A program made the position numbers and the translations under genes. The notes beneath the pieces were generated by a model. That model was not told where the DNA came from. It saw only the letters and a program-made list of their open reading frames with translations, and searched no databases. A DNA stretch of 44,962 nucleotides from a virus, in IMG/VR virus record IMGVR_UViG_3300020171_000010, positions 1-44,962 of that record; one strand, given 5' to 3'. This document shows, one piece after another, positions 41,517 to 44,962 of this stretch (within the stretch, counting starts at the first letter, position 1; each line of letters opens with the position of its first letter).

Positions 41517-41881
41517 TTATAAATAGGGAATACAACAAAACTGAGGCGAGAAAATTATCCCGCAGACATTGGCAGGAAAACCATAAAGAACATTATAATG
41601 CTTACCAAAAAGAATATCACCGAACCCATAAGATTGAACAAAAAATTTCTAATAAACATTGGCGAGAGAAAAATAGATATTCTATTAGGTTGCGGGAAAG
41701 AAGTAGATGGCATATCAGAGCTGGAAAAATTTTAAAAGAACCCTGCGCAATATGTAAATCTATGGAAAATTTAATTGCAATACCTCAAGACCCCAACCAA
41801 CCAAGAACTATTTTATTTTTATGTAGAAAACATTGGTTAGAACATAGAAAAACGATAAAAGAAACCAGAGACCTATTTTAA
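41402..41881 (+). CDS. Basic protein with HW.E(N/K) repeats and a Cys cluster; start unresolved
   Basis: The open frame has no ATG with a ribosome-binding site (TTG at 41402, ATG at 41435). It is in the -1 frame relative to 41340..41516. Confidence 0.5.
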   Translation: MDSYKKICARFMDDKKRNKKRKALFSRSRATKNVSSSIIINREYNKTEARKLSRRHWQENHKEHYNAYQKEYHRTHKIEQKISNKHWREKNRYSIRLRERSRWHIRAGKILKEPCAICKSMENLIAIPQDPNQPRTILFLCRKHWLEHRKTIKETRDLF

Positions 41882-41883
41882 CT

Positions 41884-42120
41884 ATGGAAAAGAGTAGAGG
41901 GAATACTGACGCAGAGTATTATTTTATTCAATTCTTATTTTGCACAAACCGTGATTTACTTTGCAAGGATTATAGGGATATTTACGATGTTATGTTTATC
42001 CGATATGAAAAAATTTATAATGAGGGTATAGAAGCGAGGTTAGATTTAGCAGATATTAACAAAAAGTTTGTAAATAAAATGCTCCAGAGGAACAGAAAAA
42101 ATGCTCATAGACACCCATAA
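41884..42120 (+). CDS. Hypothetical protein
   Basis: 78-aa ORF with a weak ribosome-binding site. Confidence 0.45.
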   Translation: MEKSRGNTDAEYYFIQFLFCTNRDLLCKDYRDIYDVMFIRYEKIYNEGIEARLDLADINKKFVNKMLQRNRKNAHRHP

Positions 42121-42127
42121 ATTTATC

Positions 42128-42156
42128 TTGACAGGGAATTTTAATAATGGTATATT
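42128..42156 (+). promoter_or_regulatory. Consensus sigma70-like promoter
   Basis: TTGACA (42128..42133), a 17-nt spacer ending in TG-G, then TATATT (42151..42156). Confidence 0.65.
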
Positions 42157-42211
42157 GAGTATAACTTAGGGTGAGGTAAAATATGAGGGGTAAAATGTTA
42201 AACAGAAAAAC

Positions 42212-42246
42212 AAAAGGCTCGACGGAAAACCGATTGAGTCTTTTTT
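42212..42246 (+). terminator. Rho-independent terminator/attenuator in a promoter-proximal leader
   Basis: AAAAGGCTC..CGG-AAAA-CCG..GAGTC followed by TTTTTT. Confidence 0.55.
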
Positions 42247-42251
42247 ATTGC

Positions 42252-42322
42252 CTGCCCCTATCGAAGCAACCAGCCCTAAGCTGGTCTCTCATCTTTGGCT
42301 TTGGTGGGGGCAGTGCCTTTTT
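42252..42322 (+). other. Second structured element in the leader
   Basis: CTGCCCC (42252..42258) pairs with GGGGCAG (42307..42313). The stem encloses the hairpin CCAGC-CCTAA-GCTGG (42270..42284). A T5 run starts 4 nt downstream. Confidence 0.35.
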
Positions 42323-42333
42323 AAGGGGCAATA

Positions 42334-42627
42334 ATGGCAAATTATTCAAATAAACTAAGGAATGATTTATTAAAAGAAACTAATTATAAATGTTCCTATT
42401 GTGGTAATGACTTAAATAATATTTATGAAATTGAACACTTTATCCCTAAATCGCAGGGGGGAACAGGGAAAAGAAAAAACCTTACTGTTAGTTGCAGAAA
42501 ATGTAATATTGCCAAACTCGATTATTCTTTAGAAAAATTTAAGCAACGAATAAAGGTTAAAACATTTTACTATGAAAAAATTGGATTATCGAAAGGGGAA
42601 ATCTATGGCAAACCGTTTTACAGATAG
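42334..42627 (+). CDS. HNH endonuclease (class C, short)
   Basis: CSYCGNDL...EIEHFIPKSQGG...NLTVSCRKCNIAK. Confidence 0.85.
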   Translation: MANYSNKLRNDLLKETNYKCSYCGNDLNNIYEIEHFIPKSQGGTGKRKNLTVSCRKCNIAKLDYSLEKFKQRIKVKTFYYEKIGLSKGEIYGKPFYR

Positions 42628-43384
42628 CCGCAAATGGGATGATCCTTGGTTTAGAAAATTACCTTGTAAATATAAAGCATTTTTTATATTTTTACTTGAT
42701 AAATGCGACCATGCTGGGATATGGAAAATAGATTTTGAAAGCGCGGAGTTTCATATAGGTGAAAAACTTGATAAAAATGAAATTTTAGGCATAATGAACA
42801 GCCGGATTATAGAACTAAAAGAAAAGTGGTTTATACCAAAGTTTATAAACTTCCAATATCAAGTTTCTTCAATCACAGAATTAAATCCTGAAAATAGAGT
42901 TCATAAGTCAGTTATTGAATTATTAAAGAAAGAAGGGGCTTTAAAGGGGCTTAAATTACCCTTACAAGGGTGTAAGGACAAGGATATGGATATGGTTAAA
43001 GATAAGGATAAGGATAAGGATGATAAAGGGGTTGTTAAGGGGGGATATTTAGAAAACAAGGAGTTTGAGATTGCTTTCAATAATTTCCTTATTATGCGCC
43101 AAGAAAAAAAGAAACCGGCTACAAAACGCGCTCGAGAGATTATTCTAACCAAACTCCATAAATTTGATATTGAAATAGCAATTAAGATGTTAGAGCAATC
43201 AACAGTTAACTCCTGGACAGATGTTTATGAATTAAAAAATAAAATTGAAAGTAACCTAACTAAACAACAAAGAAGCAATTTACAAGGATTAAATAAGACA
43301 ATAGAAAGGATTAAGAATGATAAGCGAGGCGTTTCAGAAAGGGTATCTGGCTTTAGCGGCCGCCTTCCCGGGACTACAATTTAA
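42605..43384 (+). CDS. Putative replication initiation / replisome organiser protein
   Basis: The N-terminus MANRFTDSRKWDDPWFRKLPCKYKAFFIFLLDKCDHAGIW is typical of phage replisome-organiser-like proteins. It has a KD-repeat linker. ATG at 42605 follows AAGGGGA. Confidence 0.5.
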   Translation: MANRFTDSRKWDDPWFRKLPCKYKAFFIFLLDKCDHAGIWKIDFESAEFHIGEKLDKNEILGIMNSRIIELKEKWFIPKFINFQYQVSSITELNPENRVHKSVIELLKKEGALKGLKLPLQGCKDKDMDMVKDKDKDKDDKGVVKGGYLENKEFEIAFNNFLIMRQEKKKPATKRAREIILTKLHKFDIEIAIKMLEQSTVNSWTDVYELKNKIESNLTKQQRSNLQGLNKTIERIKNDKRGVSERVSGFSGRLPGTTI

Positions 43385-43670
43385 TAGTGATTTGTTTTGG
43401 GCAGCATTAAACGATTTAGATGGGCAGTTTTTTTTAATGGCGGTTATGGATATTATTAAGACAACAAAAGAACTTTATCCGGGTTCAAATATAATCGCTA
43501 TCTTACGCAGTCGCGCAGAAGAATTAAGAATAGAAGTATTAAAAAATAGCACTTTAAAATTGGAAGCCGAAACTGAAAGAGAACGTATAGAGCGATGGCG
43601 CAAAGAATCGGCGCCTATGCCAGAAGATTGCCGGATCGCTTTAGAAAAATTAGGGATAAATATTAAATAA
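43317..43670 (+). CDS. Putative helicase-loader-like protein (G39P-like), weak
   Basis: 117 aa following the organiser. The AAFPGLQFNSDLFWAALNDLDGQFFLMAV...LYPGSN pattern supports it. It overlaps the upstream gene out of frame by 68 nt. Confidence 0.3.
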   Translation: MISEAFQKGYLALAAAFPGLQFNSDLFWAALNDLDGQFFLMAVMDIIKTTKELYPGSNIIAILRSRAEELRIEVLKNSTLKLEAETERERIERWRKESAPMPEDCRIALEKLGINIK

Positions 43671-43775
43671 CCCTCTGGGCTGGTGTGGTTATTGCCGTGA
43701 ATAATCCTTAATGACGATTAGGGGGATGTGTAGGCAAGGCAATATGAGAAATCCATCCTGCCATCAGCCCAGGGG
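43671..43775 (+). other. Structured intergenic element
   Basis: CCCTCTGGGCTG (43671..43682) pairs with CAGCCCAGGGG (43765..43775). Two internal crossing helices are possible: ATTGCC/GGCAAT and GGATG/CATCC. Confidence 0.35.
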
Positions 43776-43794
43776 TAAAAAAGGAGGAGAGAAG

Positions 43795-44055
43795 ATGAGA
43801 GCAATAATAAAAGACTGTAGCACTGATATTTTATTAACCAGTGAGGAAGTAAAGCAATTTTGTAAACCAGAAAGTGTTGATACCTGTATTTGGTTGCTTG
43901 GTAGTTCTATTGGTTTTGAATGTTGCTATTATAATAAACCCTGGTCTTTAGTGGAAAGATTTGATAAAGGAGAAACTAATGCTAAAAGAGATGGGTGCGA
44001 CAGGGTTAAAAATTTTAAACCTGGAGAACAAGATAAAAATGAAGTGGAGTTTTAA
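43795..44055 (+). CDS. Hypothetical Cys-rich protein
   Basis: Internal ATG of ORF 43711..44055, preceded by AAAGGAGGAGAG. Confidence 0.55.
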   Translation: MRAIIKDCSTDILLTSEEVKQFCKPESVDTCIWLLGSSIGFECCYYNKPWSLVERFDKGETNAKRDGCDRVKNFKPGEQDKNEVEF

Positions 44056-44084
44056 CCTATCGGCACAGAAAGGATAAAGCGGAG

Positions 44085-44300
44085 ATGAGAGAAATTAAGT
44101 TTAGAGCGTGGCATATTGGAGCAAAGTTAATGACAGAAGTTGAAGATATTAACTTCAAGACTAAAAGGATTTGGGTAAATAGATTAGATAAGAAAGGATT
44201 TTATTCTTTAGAGAAAGCAGAATATGAATTATTGCAATTCACAGGTCTTAAAGACAAGAATGGTAAGGAGATTTATGAAGCAGTTCTTCTTGTTCAATGA
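44085..44300 (+). pseudogene. YopX-family protein, C-terminally truncated
   Basis: MREIKFRAW...LLQFTGLKDKNGKEIYE is the canonical YopX N-terminal half. A stop follows directly, where IYEGDI... normally continues. No continuation is visible in the other frames. Confidence 0.6.
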
Positions 44301-44345
44301 ATAGCAACATTATAACAGAATACTTCTATAAACCAAGCTCTTAAT

Positions 44346-44528
44346 ATGTCTGGGAAGAAGGGGAGGAAAAAAATTATAAGAGGTTTGGTTTGGAGTGGTT
44401 TTATAGGAGAATATAAAAAACCACCAATTTATATAATTCCCAAACCTGGCGACGATGGAATATTTATAGATGATGTTCTAAGGAAGTTTGTTACTAAGAA
44501 AGTCCGTATCACCATTGAGGAGATATAA
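44346..44528 (+). CDS. Hypothetical protein
   Basis: 60-aa ORF. Confidence 0.4.
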   Translation: MSGKKGRKKIIRGLVWSGFIGEYKKPPIYIIPKPGDDGIFIDDVLRKFVTKKVRITIEEI

Positions 44529-44563
44529 TCAAAAAGAATATGCTGAACATATAAGGAGGCAAA

Positions 44564-44842
44564 ATGCAATCTAAGAATGAGAAAACGATAAGGGAAGAAG
44601 ATTATTTAGACAGATTTGCTGAAGTTGTAAAAGGACTTGAAATTGAGAAAACCATAGCAAATAAGTTAGCCAACTTTATTTATGTTGAGATAGAAATAGC
44701 TAAGAAGAAAGCCATTCACTTCCTCTACGAGAAGATTGAACAGAGGATACTTAATGATATAAATGTTTATGGAGATGATTATGTAGAAAGGGTAGAAGTT
44801 CTCGCCCTACTTGCCAACCTTTTTGAACAGGAGGAGAGATGA
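44564..44842 (+). CDS. Hypothetical protein
   Basis: 92-aa ORF with a TAAGGAGGC ribosome-binding site. Its 3' end carries the 25-nt repeat shared with 516..540. Confidence 0.55.
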   Translation: MQSKNEKTIREEDYLDRFAEVVKGLEIEKTIANKLANFIYVEIEIAKKKAIHFLYEKIEQRILNDINVYGDDYVERVEVLALLANLFEQEER

Positions 44843-44962
44843 ATGAAATAGTGAAGTCTATTACTGATATTATTATTAATTTTTTTCTTTTAGAAAAGAG
44901 TTGGGCAAAATTATTTTATATCATTAGTCCAAAAGATGAGAAAGTGATAAGAAAGTTAGCCT
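44839..44962 (+). CDS. 5' part of the junction-spanning ORF (continues at 113..180 of the circle)
   Basis: ATG at 44839 follows GGAGGAGAG and overlaps the upstream stop (ATGA). The frame is open to the window end. Confidence 0.6.
   Translation, partial: MNEIVKSITDIIINFFLLEKSWAKLFYIISPKDEKVIRKLA
44851..44962. repeat. Terminal direct repeat, copy 2
   Basis: Identical to 1..112. Confidence 0.95.

Overview
The window looks like one complete, circularly closed genome of about 44.85 kb from an AT-rich tailed dsDNA phage. Bases 1..112 are identical to 44851..44962, and an ORF starting at 44839 reads straight through that junction to a stop at 180. Coding is dense and almost entirely on the + strand, with strong AGGAGG-type ribosome-binding sites and many ATGA/TAATG coupled gene junctions. 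The only convincing minus-strand gene is an HNH endonuclease with its own promoter.

Two transcription blocks are apparent.

1. Late block (2.6-34.6 kb). This holds a DUF5681-like small terminase, the large terminase, portal, scaffold-like proteins and the major capsid protein. A roughly 12 kb fibre/receptor-binding island follows, then tubular-protein-like genes, internal-virion-like proteins, small membrane and holin-like proteins, and a VRR-NUC nuclease.

2. Early block (35.0 kb, wrapping through the junction to 2.6 kb). This holds a ribbon-helix-helix (RHH) regulator, a secreted lytic transglycosylase, an ERF annealing protein with a YqaJ exonuclease, a NinB-like protein, an HTH protein and a Dam methylase. 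It also holds a replisome-organiser-like protein, a truncated YopX, an acyl-carrier-protein-like gene and two GroES-like genes.

I recognise no DNA or RNA polymerase, helicase, primase, integrase, tRNA or CRISPR.

The most unusual features are these:
- About ten fibre, tail and other virion-module proteins carry canonical Sec signal peptides. An O-antigen-ligase/Wzy_C-type polytopic membrane protein sits inside that module.
- Consensus sigma70-like promoters are each followed by structured non-coding RNA with GNRA-capped hairpins. One of these is a terminated ~125-nt sRNA inside the 434-nt largest non-coding gap.
- There are six HNH endonuclease genes of three architectures.
- A slippery A7 run lies in the overlap of two out-of-frame ORFs.

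All functional calls rest on motifs read by eye. No database search was run.
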